DNA from: a virus
Direction: 5' to 3' (one strand)
Virus record (IMG/VR): IMGVR_UViG_3300046798_000124
Coordinates: 1-64,000 of that record
Length of the DNA stretch: 64,000 bases
Shown: one piece after another, positions 1 through 9,293 of the stretch
Position numbering within the stretch: position 1 is the stretch's first letter
How the letters are laid out: each line of letters starts with the position of its first letter
The notes under the pieces: generated by a model
The model's database searches: none
Told to the model about the DNA's origin: nothing
Seen by the model: the letters and a program-made list of their open reading frames with translations, nothing else
Translations under genes and position numbers: made by a program

Positions 1-1064
1 GGTGGTTGGGGGGCGGGCGCCCCCCCCCGACGGGTACCGGTCGCGGTGTCGGAGACCGTGCCGCCGGTGTTGCCCGCCAGGTTGTTCAGGCCGATGTAGG
101 CGTTGGTGCCAGCCGAGACGTTGATGCCGTACGAGCCATTGCCGGTTGAGAGGTTGTCGACGACGCAGCAGTTCGACGCGGGGCTTGCCAGGGTGATCCC
201 GGAGTTGGTGTTACTGACGCACTGGTTGCCGACGGCCAGGACGTTGGTGCCCGTCAGGTACAGCCCCTCAGTCAGATTGGCGAAGATGATGCAGTTCGCG
301 ACCGTGATGTTCGGACCAGCGGCCACCAGCCCGACGAACGCCGCTGAGGTGACCAAGCAGTTGAGGACGCGGGTGCGAGCGGACCCCGACGCGATGTCGC
401 AGCCGTTGCCTGCCGATTGGCTCGCCCAGACGTTCTCGACAAGGCCGTCCGAGCCGGTGACCGTCCAGTTCCGATGCGTTGTCGTCCCGCTGTTCTGGGT
501 CTTATTGCCGTCCAGTGTCAGATCGCGCAGGCAACAGGTGTTGTGCGCCAGGTTGACCATCGGTCCGGTGGCAGCACCAGCGGCGTAGGTCAGGATGGTC
601 GCCGCCCGGCCCTGGCCTGCCAGTGTCGACCCGACCACGCTCGTCGTGATACCGGAGGTCAGGCTGAAGGCGCCTTCCGAGAGTTGGACCCAGCCACCGC
701 CCGACGGCAAGGCGGCTAAGGCGGCGTTGATCTCGACTTGATCGGCCGTGCCATCACACAGGTAATCGGCCTGCTTGCGCACCAGGGCTGATGCGCCGGC
801 CGCCGCGACCAGCAGGGTCGGGCCACGTCCGGTGACCGCCTGGGCTGCGATGTCGCCGCCGGCGATCTGGCCACCAACGTTGCTCGTACCGTTCGACCGC
901 AGGACGTTGCCCGACCCGACGTGGGCGACCTTGGCCAGGGCGATGGACGCTGCCGTGTTGACGTCGACGTCCATGATGGTGCCGTCGGTGATCTTGGCGC
1001 CACTGACGGTCCCGTCGAGCAGCTGGGCACCGTTGCGCTTGGCCTGGTACATCTTCTCGGTCAT
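1..1064 (-). CDS. tailspike / right-handed beta-helix (pectate-lyase-like) protein, runs off window start
   Basis: Manual translation from ATG 1064 (ATGA overlap with upstream stop): MTEKMYQAKRNG...ADYLCDGTADQVEINAAL...LSEGAF...LRDLTLDGNK, then N/G/I-rich beta-helix repeats. No stop before position 1, so absent from the ORF track. Confidence 0.75.
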   Translation of the reverse strand, partial: MTEKMYQAKRNGAQLLDGTVSGAKITDGTIMDVDVNTAASIALAKVAHVGSGNVLRSNGTSNVGGQIAGGDIAAQAVTGRGPTLLVAAAGASALVRKQADYLCDGTADQVEINAALAALPSGGGWVQLSEGAFSLTSGITTSVVGSTLAGQGRAATILTYAAGAATGPMVNLAHNTCCLRDLTLDGNKTQNSGTTTHRNWTVTGSDGLVENVWASQSAGNGCDIASGSARTRVLNCLVTSAAFVGLVAAGPNITVANCIIFANLTEGLYLTGTNVLAVGNQCVSNTNSGITLASPASNCCVVDNLSTGNGSYGINVSAGTNAYIGLNNLAGNTGGTVSDTATGTRRGGAPAPQP

Positions 1065-2107
1065 GACCGCAACACCACGATGAAGTCGGTGTTGCCGGTC
1101 TGGGCGGTCGCACATTCCAGCTTGATGAACCGCCAGGCCATGACTTCGCCCGGCACGTCGTAGGCGCGCCCGATCGTCACGGGCTGTGGCAACTCAACCC
1201 GCACGCCCGTGATGTCGTACAGCCCCAGGTAGGTCCCTCCAAGGGTGTCGCAGACATCGAAGCGCACGACCGTGCCGTCGAACGTGCCGGGGACGATCAG
1301 CCCCCAGTTGCCATAGCCCGCCGTGTCGAAGGCGTTCGACAGGTTGGCACCGCTCAGACAGGTCACGGTCATGACCGCCTCGCGCCGCAGCCCGACCCAG
1401 GTCAGAAACGTCGCCTGGGTCAGTGCGGCAGCCAACGCGGCGTTGGCTGTTGTCAGGTGGACGGCGAGGCGTTGCAGCCGCCCATTCAGCCCTGATGCGA
1501 GCGTGTCAGTCCCTGGTGGCGTCTCATTTGTGGCGCCGATCCGTGTTGCATCGTTCGCTTCGAGGACCAGGGCTGACGTGTTCAGGTTGGTGCCGGCGTT
1601 GGCGGTCACGGTCCCCGAGACCGGCAGCGGCGTCCCGGACCCGTCCACCTTCAGCCCACCGCTGGCCCCCAGCGCCGTCGGCAGCAGGGCGATCAGCGAG
1701 GTCAGGCGTTGGGCGATCCGTTGTAAGCGACCGTGGACCGTGGCGGTCGCCGTGTCACTTGCGGCTGCCAGGTCCGTCGTCTGGCCGTTGTTGGCCTGGA
1801 AAAACGATTCCGTCAGCAGGGTCGTCAGGTGCCCATCCAGGGTCGTCAGGCGCTGGGCCAGCCGCTGGAGACGGCCGTTCAGCCCTGAGGCCCCGGTGTC
1901 CGTCGACGGCGCGGTCTCCGTGGGCAACCCGATCTGCGCACCGCCGATCGGCAGACGCAAGCCATCGGTGTCGGTCGTCTCTTGCCAGGTCCCGTCAGAA
2001 CCCCAGCCGGCCTTGATCTTCTGGTAGTGAATCCCGCCGATGTCGTCGGTTGCGACCGGCGGATCGGTGACACCAGCGGATGGAACAACTTTGATGTTAT
2101 CGGCCAT
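1061..2107 (-). CDS. tail fibre-like structural protein with three internal repeats
   Basis: Start MADNIKVV at 2107 (GGAG RBS). Three copies of GRLQR(L/I)AxxLT. Located in tail operon. Confidence 0.65.
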   Translation of the reverse strand: MADNIKVVPSAGVTDPPVATDDIGGIHYQKIKAGWGSDGTWQETTDTDGLRLPIGGAQIGLPTETAPSTDTGASGLNGRLQRLAQRLTTLDGHLTTLLTESFFQANNGQTTDLAAASDTATATVHGRLQRIAQRLTSLIALLPTALGASGGLKVDGSGTPLPVSGTVTANAGTNLNTSALVLEANDATRIGATNETPPGTDTLASGLNGRLQRLAVHLTTANAALAAALTQATFLTWVGLRREAVMTVTCLSGANLSNAFDTAGYGNWGLIVPGTFDGTVVRFDVCDTLGGTYLGLYDITGVRVELPQPVTIGRAYDVPGEVMAWRFIKLECATAQTGNTDFIVVLRS

Positions 2108-2118
2108 CGCTGCGACTC

Positions 2119-2751
2119 CTAGTCTAGGGTCATGGTGGCCGTTGTAACTGTATGTGTCCCCTGTGCCCCGAACACCTCTTCGACCAGGCGCTGGAGAAAG
2201 CCAGAGCCCGTGGCGGTCAGGTCGATGGCCGATCCACCGGAGGTTGCCGACAGCTGGAGGGCGTCGGTCGTCAGGCCGGTCGCGATCACCCAGTACACGG
2301 TGCCTTCCACCAGGGGGGCCGGCAGCGAGGCCCCGGGGACCGCCCAGACCACGACGCTGTTCCCCGCCGCGAAGCCGTGCGCTGGCGCGTCTAGCGTGTT
2401 CGATGTGACACCGGTGGCGTTGACCGAGAAGTCTTCTGGGATGCCGCCGCCGTTCGGCACCATGCCGAGAAAGTTGCCGGCCGACAGGGCGTCCCAGAAC
2501 CCGCACCAGCGGACGGTGGTGCCGGCCGGGACATCGAACACCATGCTGGCGGTGGTCGCCTTGGACCGCGCCGCCGCCGCCCCCCAGGTCGCAGCTTTCC
2601 TGGCGTAGGCTGGTGCTCCGCCCGAGACCTCATTGGCGCCGGCGCTGCTGTAGGCCGCGTGCAGCGACCCGTGGGTGGCGCCGACGCCGGCCCCGCCCGA
2701 TTCGTCCAGGACATTCAGCATGCGCTGGACCGCGATGTCAGAAAAACGCAT
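2119..2751 (-). CDS. minor tail / virion structural protein
   Basis: MRFSDIAV...GSLH...NEVSGGAPAYAR...FDVPAGTTV..GFWDA, typical of phage fibre-type proteins. Confidence 0.65.
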   Translation of the reverse strand: MRFSDIAVQRMLNVLDESGGAGVGATHGSLHAAYSSAGANEVSGGAPAYARKAATWGAAAARSKATTASMVFDVPAGTTVRWCGFWDALSAGNFLGMVPNGGGIPEDFSVNATGVTSNTLDAPAHGFAAGNSVVVWAVPGASLPAPLVEGTVYWVIATGLTTDALQLSATSGGSAIDLTATGSGFLQRLVEEVFGAQGTHTVTTATMTLD

Positions 2752-2753
2752 CG

Positions 2754-2993
2754 TCAGTCTCCTATCGGTGAAGGATTCGCCGTCTTCAAGCAGGTCATGG
2801 CGGCGGCTTTGGCGTAGCAGCGGACGCCATCGGCGTCGAATCCGGTCGCGCTGACCGACGACAGGGCCAGCCACAGCACGAAGACCAGGGCGGTCAGGGC
2901 GAGCAGCACGGCGCCGCTTCCGATCAGCAGCCAGCCCAGGTCATGCGCCTTCGCGCCGCGGGTGTGCTCGTGGGCAACGACGGGGACGGTCAT
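2754..2993 (-). CDS. small single-pass membrane protein
   Basis: Hydrophobic LGWLLIGSGAVLLALTALVFVLWLAL; GGAG RBS. Confidence 0.55.
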   Translation of the reverse strand: MTVPVVAHEHTRGAKAHDLGWLLIGSGAVLLALTALVFVLWLALSSVSATGFDADGVRCYAKAAAMTCLKTANPSPIGD

Positions 2994-3002
2994 GGCGACT
3001 CC

Positions 3003-3410
3003 CTACGACGACGACGGCTCGCCCGGCGGCGCCGCACTGACCATCGGCACCCCGAAGGTCACGGACATCCAGCGGGCCAGACCGGCTTTGTCAACGCCCT
3101 GGCCGTTGACGGTGAACAGGGGAGCGCCGGGACCACCAATGACGGAGCTTGCGACCGCACGTCGAGCCGTCCGCCTGGAGATCGCGCGGTACCAGCCCTT
3201 GTGCCCATCCTTGGAGAGGTGGGGCACCGAGGCGGCTTGCGCCGCGTCCAGCGACCGCTCGGCTCGCAGACGGTCGAGGTTGTCGTGGTAGGCCAGCAAC
3301 AGACACTCCGGCATCGCTAGGAGCTGCTCGGGTCCGAGTCCGTAGAAGGCGGTGAGATCGGCGAGGAGAGCGCCATAGTCGGTTGGCTCACCTCGCCCAC
3401 CACTTCCGGG
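3003..3410 (-). CDS. tail assembly chaperone C-terminal (gpT-like) part, probably reached by -1 frameshift
   Basis: -1 frame open from 3419 to stop at 3003 and reads DYGALLADLTAFYGLGPEQLLAMP upstream of the ATG at 3314. Confidence 0.65.
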   Translation of the reverse strand, partial: PGSGGRGEPTDYGALLADLTAFYGLGPEQLLAMPECLLLAYHDNLDRLRAERSLDAAQAASVPHLSKDGHKGWYRAISRRTARRAVASSVIGGPGAPLFTVNGQGVDKAGLARWMSVTFGVPMVSAAPPGEPSSS

Positions 3411-3892
3411 GGTGCGTCCTCAGGCCGGCCCGCCGTGTTCCAGACCCCCAGCATCCGCAGGAGGTCAGTGGCTGGCCCCTCATCCCCCGGTGCGACAGCC
3501 GCCAGCACGTCAGCCTCGGCGGTCGTCAGCCCCGGGACCAGGACGCAGATCGTCTCGCGCAGGAAGGTGTGCCAGGCGACGATGAAGAGCGAGGTGTCCC
3601 GAGGGGCGGCCCCAGCCTCGACATCGCTCACCTGACTGCTCATCTCACCGAGCGCCTTCATGTAGGCGGCTTCAATCGACGCAAGCTCAGCCTTGATCAC
3701 CCCGGGACACCGCGGGCCAAACACGTAGGCCTGGAGCACTACGTCGACCAACTCCGGGGTCTGGTCACGACGCGGATCGTCCTCAGCCAGCGCCAACCAG
3801 AGCGGGTTGGTTCGGGAGATGACGACCGGATGCCGCTCGGGCACGAGGTGCCCGAGCCGAACCGGCAGAGCAGATGAGACCGGCATCGGCAA
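3317..3892 (-). CDS. tail assembly chaperone (gpG-like)
   Basis: Directly after tail tube genes; low-complexity S/P tail overlaps an open -1 frame. Confidence 0.65.
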   Translation of the reverse strand: MPMPVSSALPVRLGHLVPERHPVVISRTNPLWLALAEDDPRRDQTPELVDVVLQAYVFGPRCPGVIKAELASIEAAYMKALGEMSSQVSDVEAGAAPRDTSLFIVAWHTFLRETICVLVPGLTTAEADVLAAVAPGDEGPATDLLRMLGVWNTAGRPEDAPPEVVGEVSQPTMALSSPISPPSTDSDPSSS

Positions 3893-3897
3893 CTCCC

Positions 3898-4494
3898 TTA
3901 CGGCAAGGCGGGCACGACATCGCGGATCTTCGCCACGCGCGCCGGTGAGACCGAGGTATCGGGCAGCAGCGTCGCTTCGATCGGGACCATCGCCTTCGCG
4001 TCAACGGTGAAGTCGACGGCCATAGATCCCGACATCTGGCAGCGATAGCCGATGATCCGGAAGGCCTGGAGGTCCTGGGTCTGGATGTCGAAGCCAATGC
4101 TCACGAACACGTCGGTGATCAGCGAGCCGATGGCGAGGTCGTTGTGACCCTTCACCCCGGAGATCGGCGCCGTGGTCGTCAGGGTCCCCTGGCCCGAGGC
4201 CAGCTGGATCTTGGCCGGCGACATCTCGGCCAGGTTGAAGCTCATCGTGGCTGACCGAGCGGTCGCAGGCCGCATGACCGGGTCGAGCGACTGGTCCACC
4301 GAGACGTCGGCACGGGTGATGTCGGTGCCGAAGTGCAACCCGCCGTCGGTGTACCCCTGAAGGACCCATGGGGTCAGCCAGGGGTCGCCCCAGATCAGGG
4401 TATCGAGCGGCAGATCGTTGGTGGTGGCGTAGGCGGCGGTGTAGGCCCAGAAGTTTCTGGTTTGCAGAACTTGAAGGGCATCTGGTTCGGCCAT
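3898..4494 (-). CDS. major tail tube protein, copy 2
   Basis: W...GYTDGGL...VDQSLDPV...FNLAE tube motifs; GGAGG RBS. Confidence 0.8.
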   Translation of the reverse strand: MAEPDALQVLQTRNFWAYTAAYATTNDLPLDTLIWGDPWLTPWVLQGYTDGGLHFGTDITRADVSVDQSLDPVMRPATARSATMSFNLAEMSPAKIQLASGQGTLTTTAPISGVKGHNDLAIGSLITDVFVSIGFDIQTQDLQAFRIIGYRCQMSGSMAVDFTVDAKAMVPIEATLLPDTSVSPARVAKIRDVVPALP

Positions 4495-4503
4495 CAGGCC
4501 CTC

Positions 4504-5115
4504 CTATGGCAGTGCTGGTATGACATCGCGGATCTTCGCGACACGGGCCGGCGAGACCGACGTGTCAGGCAGCAGCGTCGCCTCGATCGGCACCATCGCC
4601 TTGGCGTCGACCGTGAAGTCGATGGCCATCGAGCCCGACATCTGACAGCGGTAGCCGATGATGCGGAACGGTTCGAGATCCTGCGTCTGGATGTCGAAGC
4701 CAATGCTCACGAACACGTCGGTGATCAAGGAGCCAATCGCCAGGTCGTCGTGACCTCGGGTGCCAACGATCGGGGCGAGACTGGTCAAGGTGCCCTGGCC
4801 TGAGGCCAGCTGGATCTTGGACGGCGACATCTCAGCCAGGTTGAACGACATGGTTGCTGACCGAGCGGTGGCTGGTCGCATCACCGGGTCGAGCGATTGA
4901 TCCACCGAGACGTCGGCGCGCGTAATATCGGTGCCGAAGTGGAGGCCACCGTCGGTGTACCCCTGAAGCACCCATGGCTTCGGCATCCCGGCGACCGTCC
5001 AGGCCGCGCCCCAGGCGATGGTGTCGGCCGGCAGATCGTTGGCGGTGTTGAAGTCGACGGTATAGGCCCAGAAGTTACGCGTCTGGAGTACTTGCAGGGC
5101 ATCCGGTTCAGCCAT
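4504..5115 (-). CDS. major tail tube protein, copy 1
   Basis: Same motifs; near-identical paralogue of 3898-4494; AGGAGG RBS. Confidence 0.8.
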   Translation of the reverse strand: MAEPDALQVLQTRNFWAYTVDFNTANDLPADTIAWGAAWTVAGMPKPWVLQGYTDGGLHFGTDITRADVSVDQSLDPVMRPATARSATMSFNLAEMSPSKIQLASGQGTLTSLAPIVGTRGHDDLAIGSLITDVFVSIGFDIQTQDLEPFRIIGYRCQMSGSMAIDFTVDAKAMVPIEATLLPDTSVSPARVAKIRDVIPALP

Positions 5116-5148
5116 CAGACCCTCCTTTCGGCACGCAGATGCACGGGA

Positions 5149-5421
5149 CTACTTCGGTGGGGCTGGTGGCGGTGGCGGCGGCTGCTGGGCATCGACCCCC
5201 AGACCACTGGCGGCTGCCTGCTGTTCAGCGGTCGTGCCCTCTTCGGCCAGGTTCTCGGAGGCCGACTGCGGGGCGTTGGTCGGGACCGTGTCGCTGAAGT
5301 AGTGGCCGCTGTCTTCGAGCGCCTTCTGGGTCGCTGCATCGACGGTGCAGTCGTCGCCCGGCTTCACGACGGTGCCATCGGCCAGGGTGAGCTCCTGGGC
5401 TGGTCCGAGATAGGTGGGCAT
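5149..5421 (-). CDS. small virion-operon protein
   Basis: MPTYLGPAQELTLADGTVVKPGD; AAGGAG RBS. Confidence 0.6.
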   Translation of the reverse strand: MPTYLGPAQELTLADGTVVKPGDDCTVDAATQKALEDSGHYFSDTVPTNAPQSASENLAEEGTTAEQQAAASGLGVDAQQPPPPPPAPPK

Positions 5422-5431
5422 CCGAGGCTCC

Positions 5432-6031
5432 TTACTGAGGGCTCTTGAGGCCGGGCACCACGAGCGGTGGCGCTCCGTAGGCGGTGGCCCGCACGTTGAT
5501 GCGGTCGAGCTGCTTCTGGGCGTCGTAGACCTCGATCCGCTCGAGCAAGCCGAGGCTGACCATGCCGACGTCGAGGTCAACGCCCCCGTCGGTTCCGCCG
5601 GCGCCGAGTTGATGCGCCAGTCCCGGATGTGAGTCAGCGAGATCCGGCAGGCCATAGGTGCCCGAGAAGAGGCGCTGGATCCGGTCGACCCGGTTGACCG
5701 CCTCGGGCGGCAGTCGGCCGGCAGCTAAGGCACCCTGCACGGTCATCACAAAGCCGTAGAGGCCGCCGTAGAGCCCACTGAACGGGCGGTCCAGGCAGTA
5801 GCGGGTCAGTCGGGTGTGCTTGCCGTTGCAGCGTCCACAGCGGAAGATCTCGCCGACATCGCCGAGCGACATGTTGACCAGGAAGAACTGACCGGTCAGC
5901 AGGCGTGTGCGCTCACGCTGCTGCTGCTCGGAGAGCAGGAGGCGGGCGATCCCCGGCAGGGCGATCTTCCGTCCACGACGGACCGCCAGCAGCGGCGTCT
6001 CCATGTCGACGTGGCCGTTCGTCGGTCCCAT
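5432..6031 (-). CDS. hypothetical protein with Zn-ribbon-like CGRCNGKH motif
   Basis: ATG 6031 overlaps upstream TGA. Confidence 0.6.
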   Translation of the reverse strand: MGPTNGHVDMETPLLAVRRGRKIALPGIARLLLSEQQQRERTRLLTGQFFLVNMSLGDVGEIFRCGRCNGKHTRLTRYCLDRPFSGLYGGLYGFVMTVQGALAAGRLPPEAVNRVDRIQRLFSGTYGLPDLADSHPGLAHQLGAGGTDGGVDLDVGMVSLGLLERIEVYDAQKQLDRINVRATAYGAPPLVVPGLKSPQ

Positions 6032-6501
6032 CAGCCCCCCAGCTCGGAGAGCGGGATCGCGCAGTAGCGGACCTGATAGGTCGCCCAGGTGCGCGGCCAG
6101 CCGGTCGGCGCGTCGGGAGATCGGTAGGGGCCGGTCTCGTGGACCACACCGCTGATCAAGGTGTTCGCAGCGCGGATCGTGCTTGGCCGCTGACGCTTCA
6201 CGTCGATCAGGTAGGCGTCCAGGAGGCGCCAGAGGGCGTGGGCCTGCTCCTCGGTTGGGCCGAGGCACGACAGATCGACCCGCTCCGTGAGGTACGGCGC
6301 CTCGGGATCCGGCGCCCCACCACGGCCACTCTCAATCAGGATCGCGGAGAGGTAAGGCGGCACCTTGATGCGCAGCGAGCCGTCCGGGCTTCTGGGCCAG
6401 CCGATCCAGACCCGGTCGCTGACGATGTCGGTGATCGGGGAGATGGATCTGAGGTACGCTCGCAGTGCCCCGGCCAGGTCCGGCAGCGTGGAGATGACCA
6501 T
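6031..6501 (-). CDS. tail terminator / tail completion protein
   Basis: Size, synteny, LRAYL...IVSDRV N-terminus. Confidence 0.65.
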   Translation of the reverse strand: MVISTLPDLAGALRAYLRSISPITDIVSDRVWIGWPRSPDGSLRIKVPPYLSAILIESGRGGAPDPEAPYLTERVDLSCLGPTEEQAHALWRLLDAYLIDVKRQRPSTIRAANTLISGVVHETGPYRSPDAPTGWPRTWATYQVRYCAIPLSELGG

Positions 6502-6956
6502 CAGCCGCCCCCTCGGGCGTTCGCTTCGGCCTGGAGGGTGCGTGGGACCAACGCCGCTAACATATCCAAAGTTGGTCGTATAAAAGGTTGGGCGCGATGT
6601 CGCGAAGTCCCTAATTCCTGGTAGATGGCGTGATCGGCTTCGGCGCCCAGGTTGAGCTGATACCGACCGGCGGCTTCGAAGATCTCGACGAAGGTCGAGG
6701 CCACCAACTCGCCGGTGTCAACCGGCGTCCTGGCCCGCATGTAGTCGAGGCCTCGGCGTCCGAGCGTGCTGAACGTCGCCTCGAGCACGTCCTCCGAGAA
6801 CTGGGTCACGCCCTCGCCGGCCCAGACCAACTCGGTGCCGGGCTCGTCCATCAGCAGCACCCGCCGGCCACCGTAGTAGAAGCCCTTGCCGGACCGGGAG
6901 GTACCGGTCAGCAGCTGCCCACGGCCGCGAGACTTCTGCCCAGGCCAGTCGGCCAT
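6501..6956 (-). CDS. HK97 gp10-like neck protein
   Basis: TPVDTGELVAS...HAIYQELGTSRHRAQPFIRP motif. Confidence 0.85.
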   Translation of the reverse strand: MADWPGQKSRGRGQLLTGTSRSGKGFYYGGRRVLLMDEPGTELVWAGEGVTQFSEDVLEATFSTLGRRGLDYMRARTPVDTGELVASTFVEIFEAAGRYQLNLGAEADHAIYQELGTSRHRAQPFIRPTLDMLAALVPRTLQAEANARGGG

Positions 6957-6957
6957 A

Positions 6958-7404
6958 TCAGGCCTCCCCCGGCGCCGGCAGCGGGATCGCCTCGGCGCCC
7001 TCAAGCTCGACGGCCGTCGTCACGGTGCCGGGACCAACGGGCGTGGCCTCGACCCGGACGACCGCCGCAGCGGCGAGAAGCAGCCGCCCTTCGCCGTCTC
7101 GGACGTCACGGACCAGGTCGCCAACGGCGATCGGGTCGTCGTGGCGCACCCAGAGAAAGGGCCGGCGGATCAGCAGGGCGCCACGGTCGTCACGGGAGAC
7201 CGTCTCGACGGTCCGCAGCTTGCAGGACCCGCCGGTGACCGGTGTCCCAGACGCCGTCAACTGCTGGCCCCAGTCATCGAGGACCGGGGCCAGCACGCCA
7301 TCCACGACGGGGACGATCGGCACCCGGGTGTAGGTCTCGTCGAGCGCCGACCCGAACAGGTGGCGCAACGTCTTGACCATGCCGGCCGTCACCAGGACCG
7401 GCAT
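6958..7404 (-). CDS. head closure / head-tail adaptor
   Basis: Synteny; DDWGQ and IAVGDLV motifs. Confidence 0.6.
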   Translation of the reverse strand: MPVLVTAGMVKTLRHLFGSALDETYTRVPIVPVVDGVLAPVLDDWGQQLTASGTPVTGGSCKLRTVETVSRDDRGALLIRRPFLWVRHDDPIAVGDLVRDVRDGEGRLLLAAAAVVRVEATPVGPGTVTTAVELEGAEAIPLPAPGEA

Positions 7405-7913
7405 CAGTCCGTCACCTCATCGGGTGGCGACCAGGGCTCTGCTGGCACCATCGTGCCGCCGTAGCGCATGGCGTTGGGGTCGGGCGGCCAGGGAGCCGTG
7501 ACCGGCGCCTTCGTCGTCAGACGAGCGCCGGTGTACGCTGACGTACCGGCGACGGTACCGGAGGCCCCGGCCTTGCGCGCGCAGGCGATGTCGGCCGTCA
7601 CCGTCTCGAGCATCTGCTGGTAGCTGTCGACCAGCTGGTGTGCCCGGATGCTGAGGCCGGCGCGGGTGTCGCTGGAGTCGAATCGGCGGGGAGCTAAGAC
7701 ACCAAGGACGAGGCGGATCGCGGACTGTCGGCAATGCAGCTCGCGCAGGCCAACGCGGACCTGGTCCCAGGCAGCGTGCCGCTCCCAGAGGTAATCGATC
7801 CGCTGGGCGATGATGCCGGCCGAGGCCGGCGCTGGCGGATCCCCGGTCTGGGGATCGACATCACCGACCTCGAGCACGATCTGTTGTTTGACCTCAAGCT
7901 CGGTCACGGGCAC
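7404..7913 (-). CDS. head-tail connector (adaptor) protein
   Basis: Synteny after capsid; IVLEVGD N-terminus; TGATG coupling. Confidence 0.6.
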   Translation of the reverse strand: MPVTELEVKQQIVLEVGDVDPQTGDPPAPASAGIIAQRIDYLWERHAAWDQVRVGLRELHCRQSAIRLVLGVLAPRRFDSSDTRAGLSIRAHQLVDSYQQMLETVTADIACARKAGASGTVAGTSAYTGARLTTKAPVTAPWPPDPNAMRYGGTMVPAEPWSPPDEVTD

Positions 7914-7925
7914 GGGCGGGGACTC

Positions 7926-8396
7926 CTACCGGTGAGCCTGACCGCCGGTCGGGCGGCTGGGTGGCGCCGGCGCCTGGACGGGTGTCGCCTTTGGCGCGTC
8001 ATCCGCCTTGGCCGTCTCCACTGTCTGGGCCGGTGTCGGCTCGACGGCCTCGGCGTCAGCCTTGGTCTTCGCCTCGGCCTGCGCTTCGGCCTCCTCCGGG
8101 GTCAGTGGGATCTCACTTGCGGCGTAGCCCGGGTACGCTTTGGCCTTCTCGGCTGCCGCCTTCTCGGCCTCGGCTGCGGCCTTCGGATCCCACTCCGGGT
8201 GGGCCTTCTGGTACTCCTCGACGGTGACGACCTTGCCGCTTGCTACGGCCGCGTCCACGTCGTACGGGCAGTCGGCGGGGATCATCTGCCCCTCGCTGTA
8301 CTGGGGCGCCGCGCCCCAGGTCTGGACGTTACAGACGTAGGTGTCGGCCGGCACCCGCCGCTGGCGCTGCTGTGGCTGCTGCTCTGGCTGGGTCAT
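7926..8396 (-). CDS. hypothetical Ala/Glu/Pro-rich virion-operon protein
   Basis: AAGGAG RBS; synteny. Confidence 0.6.
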   Translation of the reverse strand: MTQPEQQPQQRQRRVPADTYVCNVQTWGAAPQYSEGQMIPADCPYDVDAAVASGKVVTVEEYQKAHPEWDPKAAAEAEKAAAEKAKAYPGYAASEIPLTPEEAEAQAEAKTKADAEAVEPTPAQTVETAKADDAPKATPVQAPAPPSRPTGGQAHR

Positions 8397-8484
8397 CCCA
8401 GGCTCCTTAAATGCAGACCGCCCGACCGTCGTCCTGTGTTGGGAGGACCAGGAGACGGTCGGGCGGCGTCAGGGAGAGTGACGA

Positions 8485-9264
8485 CTACGAGGGGCGTTCG
8501 GCGGCGAGCCGCTCCCTTGCAGCTGGACGAAGATCGAGTATCTGTGTGTGCTTGCGGCTGTTGCACGATTTGCACAGCGGCTGAAGATTCGAAATGTCGT
8601 TCGACCCGCCAATGTCGACTGGGACGATGTGGTCGACGTGCAGTTCGATCTCGGGCTCCTGGCGCCAGCAGAACAGGCAGCGATGGTCGAACTCGGCCTC
8701 CAGCGCCTGCCACTCCTCGGCCGTCCAGTGCCCGCCGTTCAGGACGATCTTGTGCCGACGCCGATGGGTCGCGGCGTTCACGAGATCCTTGTTGGCCGAC
8801 TTCCACTTGGCGTGGATTGCTCGGTTGATCTCGGGGTGCTCCTCGCGATACCGCTTCAGGTTGGCGAGTCGCGTGGCGCGGTTCTCGGTGTAGTAGACGC
8901 GACCGGCTGCGCGAACTTGTTCCCGATTGGCCGCCTTGTGCTCTCGGGTAGCCCTGTTGTGACAGGGCGTACAGATCGACCGACGATTGTTCGTCGCCGG
9001 GCGCTTCAAGAAAAACTGCTCGATCGGCAACGTCTGGCCACACGCCGTACAGGTTTTCTCGGTCGCGTCGCGGTCGATGTAGTAGTGCGACGGCACCTTG
9101 TTCGGCCGGTCGCCCTTCTCTCGGTAGTAGCGCGCGGTCGACGCCGCAACGTGACACGGCTTGCAGCGGGACTGTCGCTCTCCCGTGTGCTTCCGCTTGA
9201 TGTAGAAGTCGTCGACCGATTTGGTCTCGCCACACGCTACACAGACCTTCATTTCCATTCCCAC
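8485..9264 (-). CDS. free-standing HNH endonuclease with repeated Zn ribbons
   Basis: CLFC...HVDHIVP...GGSNDISNLQPLCKSCNSRK, plus two KxCxxCG..CxPC modules. Confidence 0.9.
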   Translation of the reverse strand: MGMEMKVCVACGETKSVDDFYIKRKHTGERQSRCKPCHVAASTARYYREKGDRPNKVPSHYYIDRDATEKTCTACGQTLPIEQFFLKRPATNNRRSICTPCHNRATREHKAANREQVRAAGRVYYTENRATRLANLKRYREEHPEINRAIHAKWKSANKDLVNAATHRRRHKIVLNGGHWTAEEWQALEAEFDHRCLFCWRQEPEIELHVDHIVPVDIGGSNDISNLQPLCKSCNSRKHTQILDLRPAARERLAAERPS

Positions 9265-9293
9265 GAGAATCTCCTCTCGTGGGAATCATATCA
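9257..9293 (-). promoter_or_regulatory. RBS/start-sequestering hairpin with overlapping extended -10 (TGATATGAT)
   Basis: Minus strand ATTCCCACGAGA-GGAGAT-TCTCGTGGGAAT: 12-bp perfect stem covering the SD and the GTG start. Confidence 0.7.
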
